Assembly: GCA_958295815.1 (NCBI GenBank) | Contig: OY282374.1 | Location: forward strand, 2,882,856 to 2,946,855 | Source: Candidatus Poribacteria bacterium | GTDB lineage: Bacteria; Poribacteria; WGA-4E; WGA-3G | DNA: 64,000 bases | Reading direction: 5' to 3' | Shown: piece by piece, positions 29,628 through 40,654 of the stretch | How the letters are laid out: each line of letters begins with the position of its first letter | Numbering within the stretch: position 1 is the stretch's first letter | Program-made: the position numbers and the translations under genes | The notes under the pieces: model-generated | The model's input: only the letters and a program-made list of their open reading frames with translations | What the model was told of the DNA's origin: nothing | Databases searched by the model: none

Positions 29628-30732
29628 ATGCTTGTAGATTTAAAAACGCAGGTTGAAGAAATGCACACCCGTCTCTTAGAACTCGGAGACTATCTTTGAC
29701 CTGGCTGAAAAACGGAAAGAACTAACAGAACTCGAAGAAACAACCATCTCTCCAGATTTCTGGAGTAACAACCAACGGGTCCAAGAAGTCAATCGGCGTA
29801 TCTCGGTTCTCCGAGACGAACTCGGTGCTTATGAGGGACTCAGCCTCAAAATTGAAGACATCCAGACCTTACTTGAACTCGCCAGTGAAGAGAACGATCA
29901 GAGTTTACAGACCGAAATTGTAGACGGTTTAGAGAGTGTCGCGAGTCGCCTTGAGCAGATGGAACTCCAGTTAATGCTGAGGGGTGATTATGATGAGAAC
30001 AATGCGATTCTCAACATACACTCTGGTGCTGGTGGCATCGATGCCCAAGACTGGGCGGGTATGCTGATGCGAATGTACCTCCGCTGGTGTGACCAACGCG
30101 ACTATCAGACAGAAATCGTAGATCTCACTGCTGGAGATGAAGCTGGGATTAAAGGTGCGACCATCCTCGTTAAAGGTGCATCCGCTTACGGCTATCTACA
30201 AGCTGAAGCGGGGGTGCATAGACTTGTCCGGTTGTCTCCGTATGATTTTAACAAACGTCGGCACACCTCCTTCGCCGCTATTGGCGTTACGCCCGAAATC
30301 GACGACTCTGTTGAGGTCGATATCCAAACAGACGACTTACGGGTAGACTTCTATCGCGCAAGTGGCGCAGGTGGACAGCACGTCAACGTCACAGACTCAG
30401 CCGTTCGGATCACACATAAGCCTACCGGAATTATTGTGCAGTGCCAAAATGAACGCTCCCAACACAAAAACCGAGAGATTGCCATGAAACTGCTCCGTTC
30501 GCGCCTTCATGAGAAATATCGAGCAGAACGCGAAGCAGAACTTTCAAAACAGCGAAGCGAACGCTTGGACATCGACTTTGGTAGCCAAATCCGCTCTTAC
30601 GTGCTACACCCCTACCAACGCGTCAAAGATTTACGTACAAATGTTGAAACAGGGAATGTTAACGCCGTATTAGATGGGGCGTTAAATCCATTCATTGAAG
30701 GCTATCTGAAAATGAAGGCACAGCAGAAATAG
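29628..30732 (+). CDS. prfB: Peptide chain release factor 2 with programmed +1 frameshift at 29694-29700
   Basis: ATG 29628, 23 codons, CTT TGA C slippery site; +1 frame open into GVHRLVRLSPY and GAGGQHVN. Confidence 0.96.
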
Positions 30733-30825
30733 GACATGGGTAAATTTTTGATTCATTTGTCTGCCTGGAATCCTGTTTTGGTGAGGTCATTCAGTTTTTG
30801 GGTTTTTGTCCAGTTTAATGGGAAA

Positions 30826-30940
30826 GTCGCGAGCGGGAATTTGTTCCTACACGGAGAGTCGGGAATCGGAGTTCCCTCCTACAAATAGCAGTCAGCAGTC
30901 AGCAGTCAGAAAGAGTCGGGAATCGGAGTTCCCTCCTACA
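30826..30940. repeat. Cluster of three ...CCTACA REP hairpins plus an AGCAGTC heptamer tract
   Basis: 30826-30851, 30858-30883 and 30915-30940; the last two are identical. Confidence 0.85.
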
Positions 30941-31263
30941 GGAAAACTAAATAGCCCTGCTTTTTTGGTTGCTTTATGCATAAAACTGGGGTATAATTAT
31001 TAAATCTAAGATACTGATAGACGCGTGTTTAAAATAAAAAAACAAGGGTTTTCCTAACTGATGATATAGCATTGGCTTATGGTAAAAGTAAAAAATACAG
31101 ACCTTCATCAGAAATGTTACACTTTCCGCTCAATATTTTTCAACGGAAAATAGCATGAAAATCGCTCTGGAAGCCACACGGTGATTGGGTTTCTAACAAA
31201 ATTCAAAAAGTTACCAAAAAGTTACCATTTGGTAACTTTTTACAAGAAAAAAACACCGAAAAA

Positions 31264-32748
31264 GTGGAGGAAATCGTGGAAGAAACAAAGGACTTAATTC
31301 AGCAACGTCGCGAGAAACTGGACGAAATTCGAGAATTCGGTGTAGAACCGTATCCGCACAAGTACGAACCGACACATTCAACAGCCGAGATTCACAGAGA
31401 TTTTGCTGACATACAAGAAACACCAGATGAGACCGAGACTGTCCGGGTTGCTGGTAGGATTATGACGAAGCGGGACCACGGAAAAAGTAGTTTCGCACAC
31501 CTCCAAGATGGCGAAGGCAAGATACAGATTTATGTCCGACGCGACAAAGTTGGAGCAGAACCCTACAAAATTTACCGACGCTTCGATAGCGGAGACATTA
31601 TTGGTGCCGAAGGAACGGTTTTCCGAACGCGAACAGGAGAATTAACTGTTCTTGCTGATTCTATACAACTCCTCTCGAAATCCATCCGCCCGCTCCCAGA
31701 AAAATGGCACGGCTTACAAGATAAACAGACACGCTATAGACAACGTTACGCCGATCTCATCATGAATCCCGAGGTAAAGGATGTCTTTCTGAAAAGGTCA
31801 CAAATCGTTCAGGCGATTCGCGACATGCTGAATGCCCAAAATTTTATTGAAGTAGAAACGCCAGTCCTTCAACCAATTTACGGTGGTGCAAACGCTCGTC
31901 CCTTCACGACGTATCATAACACTTTGGAACAATCACTCTACTTGCGGATCGCAAATGAGCTTTACCTCAAGCGCTTGATCGTCGGTGGATTTGAACGGGT
32001 TTATGAATTCTCGCGCGATTTCCGAAACGAAGGTATGGATAGGGACCATAATCCTGAGTTTACGATGCTTGAGCTTTACCAGGCTTATGCAGATTATCAC
32101 CAGATAATGGAGCTTACTGAAACGCTAATCGCAGAGACGGCAAAAATAATTCACGGGACAACGAAGATTCCCTATCAGGAACACGAACTTGATTTCACAC
32201 CGCCATGGCGCAGACTAAGCATGGTAGATTCAGTCCGAGAGCATAGCGGTATTGATCCAGTTTCACTATCCGCCGATGAACTGTACAAAGAAGCCGTTAA
32301 AGCAGGTGTCGACTTGGCAGGCGATGAAACGAAGGGGATAATTATTGCTGAATTGTTTGATACATTTGTGGAATCGAAACTGATTCAGCCGACATTTATA
32401 ACCGATCACCCTATCGAGGTCTCTCCGTTTGCGAAAAAGAAACCTGAGGATCCAAAGTTTGTTGAACGTTTTGAATTCTTTATCTGTGGAATGGAAGTCG
32501 GAAACGCCTTCAGTGAACTCAACGACCCCATTGATCAACGTCAACGTTTTCTTGAACAGGCAAGCAACTTAGAGGCTGGCGACAGTGAAGCCTTCATGGT
32601 AGATGAAGATTATCTGCGGGCATTGGAGTATGGTATGCCACCGACAGGTGGACTTGGTATCGGGATCGACCGATTGACGATGTTACTGACGAACCAATAC
32701 TCTATTCGTGATGTAATCCTATTCCCACAGATGCGTCCAGAAAATTAA
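31264..32748 (+). CDS. lysS: Lysine--tRNA ligase (class II)
   Basis: RPLPEKWHGL, RYRQRYADL, YLRIANELYLKRLIVGG, FRNEG, YGMPPTGGLGIGIDRL. Confidence 0.98.
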   Translation: MEEIVEETKDLIQQRREKLDEIREFGVEPYPHKYEPTHSTAEIHRDFADIQETPDETETVRVAGRIMTKRDHGKSSFAHLQDGEGKIQIYVRRDKVGAEPYKIYRRFDSGDIIGAEGTVFRTRTGELTVLADSIQLLSKSIRPLPEKWHGLQDKQTRYRQRYADLIMNPEVKDVFLKRSQIVQAIRDMLNAQNFIEVETPVLQPIYGGANARPFTTYHNTLEQSLYLRIANELYLKRLIVGGFERVYEFSRDFRNEGMDRDHNPEFTMLELYQAYADYHQIMELTETLIAETAKIIHGTTKIPYQEHELDFTPPWRRLSMVDSVREHSGIDPVSLSADELYKEAVKAGVDLAGDETKGIIIAELFDTFVESKLIQPTFITDHPIEVSPFAKKKPEDPKFVERFEFFICGMEVGNAFSELNDPIDQRQRFLEQASNLEAGDSEAFMVDEDYLRALEYGMPPTGGLGIGIDRLTMLLTNQYSIRDVILFPQMRPEN

Positions 32749-32797
32749 GGTGAAGATACGATTCAGTACCGTATATTAAAATGTGAGTTTGTAAAAA

Positions 32798-33349
32798 ATG
32801 AGGACCGCGCCGCCCCTCCTTACAGAAAGGTTGATACTTCGCTCATTTACACTTGACGATGCCGCCGATGTGCAACGGCTTGCTGGCGATTACGATGTTG
32901 CCTCAACATTAACCAATATGCCACATCCTTATGAAGATGGTATGGCGGAAGAATTTATGCACGTCTGCTCCGAGAAATTTGAGAAAAACAAAGCTTTAAA
33001 CTTCGCAATTACGCTGAGAACAGACAAAAACTTCATTGGCGAAATAGAACTTAGACTCGATCAAGAAAACAAGAGCGGTGAACTCGGTTATTGGATTGGG
33101 AAACCGTATTGGAACTCTGGGTATTGCACCGAGGCAGTAAGGGCTGTTGTTGCATACAGTTTTAAGGTGTTGAAGCTGCATCGAATTCACGCTAAATACT
33201 TCAAACGCAACCCTGCCTCTGGACGGGTGCTGGAAAAAATCGGGATGCGTTATGAAGAGAGTCGCCGAGAATATGTAAAAAAATCGGATAGTTTTGAAGA
33301 TTTTAGGGTGTACGGGATCTTAAAAGCAGATTTCGACCCTAATTCGTAA
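32798..33349 (+). CDS. GNAT N-acetyltransferase (RimJ/RimL type), paralog 1
   Basis: TERLILR, ELGYWIGKPYW, NPASGRVLEKIGM. Confidence 0.9.
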   Translation: MRTAPPLLTERLILRSFTLDDAADVQRLAGDYDVASTLTNMPHPYEDGMAEEFMHVCSEKFEKNKALNFAITLRTDKNFIGEIELRLDQENKSGELGYWIGKPYWNSGYCTEAVRAVVAYSFKVLKLHRIHAKYFKRNPASGRVLEKIGMRYEESRREYVKKSDSFEDFRVYGILKADFDPNS

Positions 33350-33368
33350 GTTGTGAGTTGATAAAAAG

Positions 33369-33953
33369 ATGAGGAGCATACCGACTCTCGAAACAGAAAG
33401 ATTGATACTCCGCTCGTATACGCTTGAAGACGCGCCTGATTTGCAACGGCTTATTGGCGAATACGATGTCTCATCAACATTACCCGGTGTTCCGCATCCT
33501 TACGAAGATGGTATGGCGGAGGAATGGATTCGCTCTTGTTCCGACAAGTTTGAAAAAGACGAAGCCCTACATTTTGCGATTACGCTGAGAACAGATAGGA
33601 ACTTCATTGGCGGGATAGGCATTAAACTCGATCGAAAGAATGAGAGAGGAGAGATCGGTTATTGGGTAGGCAAACCGCATTGGAGCCGTGGGTATTGCAC
33701 CGAGGCAGCACGTGCTCTTGTTACGTATAGTTTTGAAGCGTTGAAGTTGAATCGAATTCATGCTTATTATTTTACACGAAACGCTGCCTCCGGACGAGTT
33801 ATGGAAAAAATCGGGATGCGCTATGAAGGGTGTTTCCGGCAACATGTAAAGAAATGGGATAATTTTGAGGATATAATGGTATACGGGATCTTAAAATCAG
33901 ATTTCGACCAATTTAATGCCGATGCCGTCCCAAGGGACATAAATGAGATTTGA
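33369..33953 (+). CDS. GNAT N-acetyltransferase (RimJ/RimL type), paralog 2
   Basis: TERLILR, EIGYWVGKPHWSRGY, NAASGRVMEKIGM. Confidence 0.9.
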   Translation: MRSIPTLETERLILRSYTLEDAPDLQRLIGEYDVSSTLPGVPHPYEDGMAEEWIRSCSDKFEKDEALHFAITLRTDRNFIGGIGIKLDRKNERGEIGYWVGKPHWSRGYCTEAARALVTYSFEALKLNRIHAYYFTRNAASGRVMEKIGMRYEGCFRQHVKKWDNFEDIMVYGILKSDFDQFNADAVPRDINEI

Positions 33954-35403
33954 ATGGTTCGTAGCCTCCCGCTATCTGCGTTCTCGACGAAAACAGTCTT
34001 TTATCTCAATTATCAGCTTCATCTCCATTGGTGGTGTTGCGCTGGGTGTAGCGACAGTGATTCTGGTCATTGCTGTATTAGACGGTGTCGAACATGGGTT
34101 AAGAGATCGGTTTCTCGCAAATGAAGCACACGTCGTTTTCCGCTTGCATGATCACAGTTTTTTTGGCGATTATGAAAAACGGATTGGGCAGATTGCGTCA
34201 ATTGACGAAGTTGTAGCCACATCACCGGTTATCTTGGCACAGATTGCGGTTTTTCCGGAGCATAGCGATACCATTCAGGATGTCATTTATATCAAAGGCA
34301 TAGATCCAGTTCAGGAAGATGCGGTCACAGGTTTCTCAAAATTGGTGTCGGGGTCAACGGATTTCCAGAACTCGGAATATATTGAAACTGCTCGACTCCT
34401 CAGAAATGAAACGATCACTGGCGGTATTGTTCTCGGAGAACGTTTAGCAGCCCGTCTCGGCATTATCAAAGGTGATGTTTTGCGACTTGTCGTAAAACTT
34501 GCGAAGCATCCGGCGAACGAAAATATGCTTTTGCCGGACTTGTCGAACTTCGTCGTGATTGGGTTCTATGAATCTGAGATGGCGGTTTATGATAACAATT
34601 TTGGTTTCATTCATATACAAGATGCCCAAAAGTTGTATCATAAAAAGAACCGAGTGAATACGATTTTTATCCGCTTAAATGACGCGGAATTGGCACCACA
34701 AATTGCCAGAGAAATTGAGGATACTGTTCGATTCACCGTTTTGGAGGGGATGCCGGACGCGAGAACGTGGATGGAGATACAGGCCCCGCTTTTCTCAGCA
34801 CTTCGATTGGAAAAGATAGCAACTGTCATCATCGAGGCACTTATCATTTTGGTGGCTTCTTTTAACATTGCAAGCACACTGATTATGACAGTGATGGAAA
34901 AGACCAAGGACGTTGGAACACTGAGAACACTTGGCACATCCCGTGGGAACATTATGAAAATTTTCATGATTCAAGGGAGTGTAATCGGGATTCTCGGGAC
35001 GATGTTAGGTACCACTTTGGGACTCGCGCTCTGTTGGCTGCTGAGTTCCAATGCCGTGCGTCCTTCTTACTGGTACGCCTTTGTTCTTGCGGCACCAATA
35101 TTATTACAGGTGCTTATCGCAACGCGACACGCGATGCCACGTAAAGGTGGATGGAAGTTTGCAGCTGCGGTTTTATGGATTATCGGGATAGGTTTCGCGC
35201 TCTACTGTGTGGTCAGACCGATTTCGTTCGCGGAGCTTGGACTCAGTCATATCTACCAGATGAACCAAATGCCTATAAAGATAAATTGGTTTTTCGTTGT
35301 CTTTATCAATGTGCTCTCATTCCTAATCTGTTGGCTTGCGACGTTCTACCCGGCATGGCAAGCGGCAAATTTGAAACCCGTTGAAGCTTTGCAACATGAA
35401 TAA
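33943..35403 (+). CDS. Lipoprotein-releasing ABC permease, LolC/E family
   Basis: FVASRYLRSRRK...ISIGGVALGV, ASFNIASTLIMTVMEKTKDVG, ATFYPAWQAANLKPVEAL; upstream of lolD. Confidence 0.9.
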   Translation: MRFEWFVASRYLRSRRKQSFISIISFISIGGVALGVATVILVIAVLDGVEHGLRDRFLANEAHVVFRLHDHSFFGDYEKRIGQIASIDEVVATSPVILAQIAVFPEHSDTIQDVIYIKGIDPVQEDAVTGFSKLVSGSTDFQNSEYIETARLLRNETITGGIVLGERLAARLGIIKGDVLRLVVKLAKHPANENMLLPDLSNFVVIGFYESEMAVYDNNFGFIHIQDAQKLYHKKNRVNTIFIRLNDAELAPQIAREIEDTVRFTVLEGMPDARTWMEIQAPLFSALRLEKIATVIIEALIILVASFNIASTLIMTVMEKTKDVGTLRTLGTSRGNIMKIFMIQGSVIGILGTMLGTTLGLALCWLLSSNAVRPSYWYAFVLAAPILLQVLIATRHAMPRKGGWKFAAAVLWIIGIGFALYCVVRPISFAELGLSHIYQMNQMPIKINWFFVVFINVLSFLICWLATFYPAWQAANLKPVEALQHE

Positions 35404-35453
35404 CTATAGTGTATCTCATAAACAGCCAAGGGTATTGCGCACAGGAAAAGAAA

Positions 35454-35527
35454 CCCCCTAAATCCCCCTTATCAGGGGGACTTGGGACATATCTAAATCC
35501 CCTTATCAGGAGACTTGGGACATATCC
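35454..35527. repeat. Duplicated TAAATCCCC(C)TTATCAGG(G/A)GACTTGGGACATATC element
   Basis: Two tandem copies with a CCCCC/GGGGG hairpin. Confidence 0.75.
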
Positions 35528-35587
35528 GCTGACAGGAATATGCGAACTGGTATTTATGAGATAGGTCTAAAAAGAAAAGAGAGAGTT

Positions 35588-36283
35588 GTGCAAAACCCGG
35601 CAGAAGTACTCATCCGCATTGCAGATTTACACAAGTCCTATTACGACGGCGAATCGGAACTTCGAGTGCTTCAAGGCATAAATCTTGAGGTATATAAATC
35701 AGAATTACTTGCGATTGTAGGTGCGTCGGGTGTGGGGAAAAGTACGCTGCTCCATATTATCGGGACGCTTGATAGACCGACAGCGGGTAGCGTTCTATAC
35801 GACGAAGATGACGTTTTCAATTTGCCTGATAAAGACCTCTCTGGGTTCCGAAATAAAGAAATCGGTTTTGTGTTTCAGTTTCATCATCTATTACCGGAAT
35901 TTACGGCACTTGAAAACGTTGCCATGGGTGCCTTAATCACAACACCGAATCATAAAACAGTTTATAAAGAAGCTGAAGCATTGCTTGACTATGTTGGGCT
36001 TGCTGAAAGATGTTTACACTACCCGAACCAATTGTCTGGCGGTGAGCGGCAACGCGTTGCGATTGCCCGCGCCCTGATTAATCAACCGAGAGTCGTGCTT
36101 GCTGATGAACCAACAGGGAACCTTGATCGGCGCAGCAGTGAGACAGTGCTGGAACTTTTATGGAATTTGAATGCTAAATCTGGGCAAGCATTTGTGATCG
36201 TGACACATAATCAGGAACTTGCCCAGCAGGTGGACAGGGTTGTCCAACTCGTTGATGGAAAAGTCGTTGACTCTGGCACTTGA
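35588..36283 (+). CDS. lolD: Lipoprotein-releasing ABC ATPase LolD
   Basis: [45 protein letters not shown]; start may be 35540. Confidence 0.9.
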   Translation: MQNPAEVLIRIADLHKSYYDGESELRVLQGINLEVYKSELLAIVGASGVGKSTLLHIIGTLDRPTAGSVLYDEDDVFNLPDKDLSGFRNKEIGFVFQFHHLLPEFTALENVAMGALITTPNHKTVYKEAEALLDYVGLAERCLHYPNQLSGGERQRVAIARALINQPRVVLADEPTGNLDRRSSETVLELLWNLNAKSGQAFVIVTHNQELAQQVDRVVQLVDGKVVDSGT

Positions 36284-36339
36284 CTTGACAAAATTTTCTA
36301 ACGACTATGGTAAAACCCAAATTACATGATCACAAAGAT

Positions 36340-36364
36340 TCGGGGTTACAAACCCCTCCTACAA
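36340..36364. repeat. GGGGTTACAAACCCCTCCTACAA REP copy
   Basis: Family consensus match. Confidence 0.8.
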
Positions 36365-36485
36365 AGAGCAGTATTCTGATTGTTAACAAACCTTTCATAA
36401 CCTAAAGTAGGTTTCCTAACAATTTTAGATCGTTGCCGACAACGAAGGCAACGCCGAGACCTGACCGGTAAAAAAGGAAACGTAT

Positions 36486-37367
36486 ATGTTGATTTATATC
36501 GACGGAGAATTTCTACCGAAAGCAGAGGCGAAAGTTTCAGTGTTTGATCACGGTTTGCTATACGGCGATGGTGTTTTCGAGGGAATCCGCTCCTACAACG
36601 GTAGAGTTTTTAAACTTGATGTGCACCTCGAACGCCTTTACGATTCCGCGAAATCGATTATGTTACAGATCCCGATTCCGATCGAAACGATGAAGGAAAA
36701 GGTGCTGGAAACACTCCGTCTAAACCACCTCAGGGAAGCTTATATCCGCTTGATAGTCACTCGGGGCATAGGGGATCTGGGATTGGATCCAGATAAATGT
36801 CCGACACCGAGTATCATTATTATTGCAGACAAGATTACCCTCTATCCACCAAAATTTTATGAAGAAGGACTTGAGATTGTAACCGCCTCGGTTCGACGGA
36901 ACTATGCGGAAGCCATCAATCCGCGTATCAAGTCATTGAACTATTTAAATAATATCTTAGCGAAAATTGAGGGCAAGCAAGCCGGTGCTGAAGAGGTCTT
37001 GATGCTGAATGCAGAAGGCTATGTTGTTGAATGTACTGGCGATAATATATTCTGGGTAAAGAACGAAGTCCTGGTTACACCGCCAGTCCACATGGGGATT
37101 TTGGAGGGTGTCACCCGAAATAGTGTTATTGATCTCGCTCGCGAGGCGGGGATGCGGGTGGAAGAGCGCGTCTTCACACGGCACGACCTCTATATTGCTG
37201 AGGAATGCTTCTTGACTGGTACTGCCGCTGAAGTCATCCCTGTCGTGAAGATTGATCGGCGCGCCGTCGGTGACGGGCAACCTGGAAAAGTAACACAGAA
37301 ACTCATTGATGCATTTAGGCAGTACGCAAATAGTTACGGAACGCTAATCTATCCCTCTGAGGCATAA
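36486..37367 (+). CDS. ilvE: Branched-chain amino acid aminotransferase
   Basis: DHGLLYGDGVFEGIR, KSLNYLNN, GILEGVTR, FLTGTAAEV. Confidence 0.96.
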   Translation: MLIYIDGEFLPKAEAKVSVFDHGLLYGDGVFEGIRSYNGRVFKLDVHLERLYDSAKSIMLQIPIPIETMKEKVLETLRLNHLREAYIRLIVTRGIGDLGLDPDKCPTPSIIIIADKITLYPPKFYEEGLEIVTASVRRNYAEAINPRIKSLNYLNNILAKIEGKQAGAEEVLMLNAEGYVVECTGDNIFWVKNEVLVTPPVHMGILEGVTRNSVIDLAREAGMRVEERVFTRHDLYIAEECFLTGTAAEVIPVVKIDRRAVGDGQPGKVTQKLIDAFRQYANSYGTLIYPSEA

Positions 37368-37461
37368 GGCATTTTGAAGAAACCTTACCATTGCATCTCA
37401 ATTTCAAATGCTGCACGCACAGGCACGTGGAAAACCATCGCGATACAGGAGGACATTTAAT

Positions 37462-39936
37462 ATGGATGCGCTAAAAAACATACTTATGCTGGTAAGTGTA
37501 ATCGTTGGGCTCTCGGCAATCTCTGCCATGGCAGAAGAACAAGCAGATACAGTGATTGGTCCCAAGGCTGCGAGCACTGTTGAACAATCAGAAAAAACTG
37601 AGACAGATAAAGACGCCTCCGAAAGCGTAATCAAGCCGCCTGTTGAAGCCATGCTCCTTGTGAGGAAAATCTCATTTGAAGGTGTGAAAGTTGCCTCCGA
37701 AGACATGCTGCGTACGCTGATTCAGTCGCAGACCGGGCATGAAGTCTCCGAAGAACTTCTCACCGAGGACCTAAAAAGCCTTTACAAAGACACCGGTTTT
37801 TTTTCTGAACTCGAGGTCGACGTGAGACCTGTTGAAGAGGGTGGTCTTGAAATCGTCTATAAAGTCGTCGAAAGTCCAAAGATTTCTGGCATCAACTTCA
37901 TCGGAAATGAAAATTTAGGAACGGGTAAACTCAAGGATGAGATTACACTGCGTCCCTCTGAAATTTATAGTGATCGGCGCCGCTGGGAAAGCGAACGCGC
38001 ACTTATGAAGGTTTACCATGAAAAGGGTTATTACCTCGTTGGCATTCAAACACACCTCGGAGATAGAGATACTGAAGAAAATACGGTTCAGATTACATTC
38101 GAGATAAATGAAGGTCCGAGAGTGCGTATTGAGGAAATCAACTTCATTGGGAACGATCAGGTTGCGGGTAGTAAACTGCAGAAGAAACTCAAAACCCGTA
38201 TCGGTAAACCGTTTGACCAACCGTTGTTTGAAGAGGAAGATTTATCACTCAACCTCCGCAATTACTATCAAGATCTCGGCTTTGCCCAAGTAAAAATTAT
38301 GGGCTATGAGAAGCGATTTACCGAAGATAAAGCGGGTCTGATGCTTGATATTACAGTTGATGAGGGTCCCGAATTCATTGTCGGAACTTACACACTTGAG
38401 TTGGAAGCTGGTGCGAAAGCCCTTTTCTCAGAAAAGAAGATACTCGGCATGCTCAATCCGGCAGAAGGTGAGATTTTTAACCGTGCCACCTTTGACGAGT
38501 CGATCGGCAAATTACAGCAGTCGTATCTTGATAAAGGCTATCTGCTCTCAGAAATCATGCCAACACCTATATTTGACGAAACAGACGGTGTGGTGAATGT
38601 TACCTTGAAAATCAACGAAGGTGATATAACAATCATTGACAAGGTAACGATCACTGGCTTAGAAAAAACGAAGGAGTACGTTGTCAAACGTGAGCTGGAT
38701 TGGTTAGGAATTAAGTCCGATGAATTATTGGATGTGAAATCTCTGCGCAAAGCGCGGCAACGGTTGTTCCAGATGGGATCTTTCATTCGCGCTGTCGATT
38801 TTGTGCCAAGTCCGACTGGCGAGGAGAACCGGCAGGAGTTAAAAGTAAATATTGCTGAAACTCCTCGGACAGGGATGCTCAGCCTTGGCGGTGGTTACGG
38901 TAGCGAAGGTGGTGTCTTCGGTGTAGCAGAGGTGGGTCAGAATAATTTCCGCGGACGCGCCTATCGTGTCCACCTCAAAGGGGAATTAGGGACCCGGGAT
39001 CACCACACAGCTGAACTCAGTTTTGGAACGCCCTGGATTATGGGAACCCCCACTCGATTGAATGCTCGCCTTTACGATAACCGCCGCTTTCGGCGATACT
39101 ACGGAACAGTGGGATCCGCACTTCGGAGTCGAAGTTACAGTCCGTATGGCGGCTACAACTACGACCGCTATATGTGGAGTCGCAGAGGTGCTTCTTTGAC
39201 GCTCGGACATCCACTGGGACATGATATTGACGCGTCAGTGAGTTTCCGTAACGAACACGTTGAAACGAGTACCCAGAAGTTGAATAACGAAGAATTTGAG
39301 CAGTACAGTCGTTCAACCCGAAGTATTCGGTTCGCTTTGGGACGGGATACACGAGACTATAGAACTTCGCTGTTTGACCCAATGGGTGGATCATTCCACA
39401 CACTTTCTTATGAATACTCTGGTGGTTTTTTGGGTGCGGATAACCAATTCCAGAAATACTATGCAGATACGAGTTGGTTCTACAGCGGATGGTGGAATCA
39501 TGTTATTGCCGTGCATGGACGTGCTGGTTATATGCGTAGTAAAAGCACCGATTCCTATTTCCTATTTTATGAACGCTTTTTCCTGGGTGGTGTAGACTCG
39601 ATCCGGGGTTACGAGGACTGGGAGATTTATCCTGACCCAGATGCATCGGGCGTTATCAATCCGTACGGTGGTGATAAAGTATTCTTTGCAAACCTTGAGT
39701 ATCGCGTTCCTATATCTCAGCAGCTTACAGCTGCCCTGTTCTTCGATGTAGGGCAGGTATGGGATGAAAAGGTGACAAACGTCTTTAGCCAAATCAACAT
39801 GAAACGGGGACTCGGTCTCGAAGCACGTTTCACGATGCTCGGTATGTTGGTCAGACTGGGTTGGGGTTACGGCTTAGATCGGATTACTGGTGAACCGGCT
39901 GGTAAGTTCCACTTTACAGTAGGACCGGGTTTCTAA
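37462..39936 (+). CDS. bamA: Outer membrane protein assembly factor BamA
   Basis: POTRA repeats, ERFFLGGVDSIRGY loop-6 motif, terminal F; AGGAGG RBS before ATG 37462. Confidence 0.95.
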   Translation: MDALKNILMLVSVIVGLSAISAMAEEQADTVIGPKAASTVEQSEKTETDKDASESVIKPPVEAMLLVRKISFEGVKVASEDMLRTLIQSQTGHEVSEELLTEDLKSLYKDTGFFSELEVDVRPVEEGGLEIVYKVVESPKISGINFIGNENLGTGKLKDEITLRPSEIYSDRRRWESERALMKVYHEKGYYLVGIQTHLGDRDTEENTVQITFEINEGPRVRIEEINFIGNDQVAGSKLQKKLKTRIGKPFDQPLFEEEDLSLNLRNYYQDLGFAQVKIMGYEKRFTEDKAGLMLDITVDEGPEFIVGTYTLELEAGAKALFSEKKILGMLNPAEGEIFNRATFDESIGKLQQSYLDKGYLLSEIMPTPIFDETDGVVNVTLKINEGDITIIDKVTITGLEKTKEYVVKRELDWLGIKSDELLDVKSLRKARQRLFQMGSFIRAVDFVPSPTGEENRQELKVNIAETPRTGMLSLGGGYGSEGGVFGVAEVGQNNFRGRAYRVHLKGELGTRDHHTAELSFGTPWIMGTPTRLNARLYDNRRFRRYYGTVGSALRSRSYSPYGGYNYDRYMWSRRGASLTLGHPLGHDIDASVSFRNEHVETSTQKLNNEEFEQYSRSTRSIRFALGRDTRDYRTSLFDPMGGSFHTLSYEYSGGFLGADNQFQKYYADTSWFYSGWWNHVIAVHGRAGYMRSKSTDSYFLFYERFFLGGVDSIRGYEDWEIYPDPDASGVINPYGGDKVFFANLEYRVPISQQLTAALFFDVGQVWDEKVTNVFSQINMKRGLGLEARFTMLGMLVRLGWGYGLDRITGEPAGKFHFTVGPGF

Positions 39937-39945
39937 CGGAATAAT

Positions 39946-39971
39946 GGACACCTCTTCGGAGGTGTCCTTTT
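39946..39971 (+). terminator. Intrinsic terminator after bamA
   Basis: GGACACCTC-TTCG-GAGGTGTCC followed by a T run. Confidence 0.8.
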
Positions 39972-40023
39972 AATTTTAGCAGATGAAATTATTAATTTCT
40001 TTCTCGAAACAAAGGATTTAACT

Positions 40024-40584
40024 ATGAAATCACTTGAGTTGGGTGCTTCCAAAGCACGCCTAACTATATTATTACTTGTTTCTCTCGCCGCTTTCTGTTT
40101 GAGTCCAGGAAGTATTGGGCAAGAATCCTTCAAGCTCGGCGTGGTAAACACGCAAGAGGTCTTGGAAAGTTCACAAAAAGCAACGGAGGCGACTGAGGTA
40201 CTCCAATCGGCGAGTGATCGTCTGAGGTCAAAACTGCAAGGATTAGGTGACGAGATTCGGAACCTACAAGAGAAGAAGGCAAAAACCGAGCTTTTTGTCG
40301 AAGAGGCACAGACTGCGGGTTTAGATAACGAAATCCGCCTCAAACAGCAAGAATATCAGCGTCAGGTCGAAGTTGGTCAACAAGCATTGCTCGAAAGAGA
40401 GCAAGAATTGATGGAACCGATTTACAACAACCTCCAAGCACTGATTGTGAAAGTCGGTGAATCCGAAAATTTCGACATCATCCTCGAAAAGCGGCTCATC
40501 ACGCTTTATGTAAGTGAAAAATACGATTTGACACAGCGGTTCATCGTCTTGATGAACGAAGAAACTGAAGAAAAACCGGAATAA
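40024..40584 (+). CDS. skp: OmpH/Skp periplasmic chaperone
   Basis: Signal peptide, KLGVVNTQEVL, coiled coil, FDIILEK...YDLT; position between bamA and lpxD. Confidence 0.9.
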   Translation: MKSLELGASKARLTILLLVSLAAFCLSPGSIGQESFKLGVVNTQEVLESSQKATEATEVLQSASDRLRSKLQGLGDEIRNLQEKKAKTELFVEEAQTAGLDNEIRLKQQEYQRQVEVGQQALLEREQELMEPIYNNLQALIVKVGESENFDIILEKRLITLYVSEKYDLTQRFIVLMNEETEEKPE

Positions 40585-40654
40585 CGCTACACTGCCTACA
40601 CTCCGTAATGCGAAACGATTCAAATCTACGGAGAAAGGATTATGGCTAAATGGT

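Noticed and set aside
29959..30732. prfB as a 257-aa truncated gene or pseudogene
   Set aside because: Explained by the programmed frameshift from ATG 29628
30806..31003. 65-aa ORF with repeated SRESEFPPT
   Set aside because: Translation of REP repeats
30950..31260. Lysine riboswitch or T-box upstream of lysS
   Set aside because: No recognisable conserved motifs; the region is AT-rich
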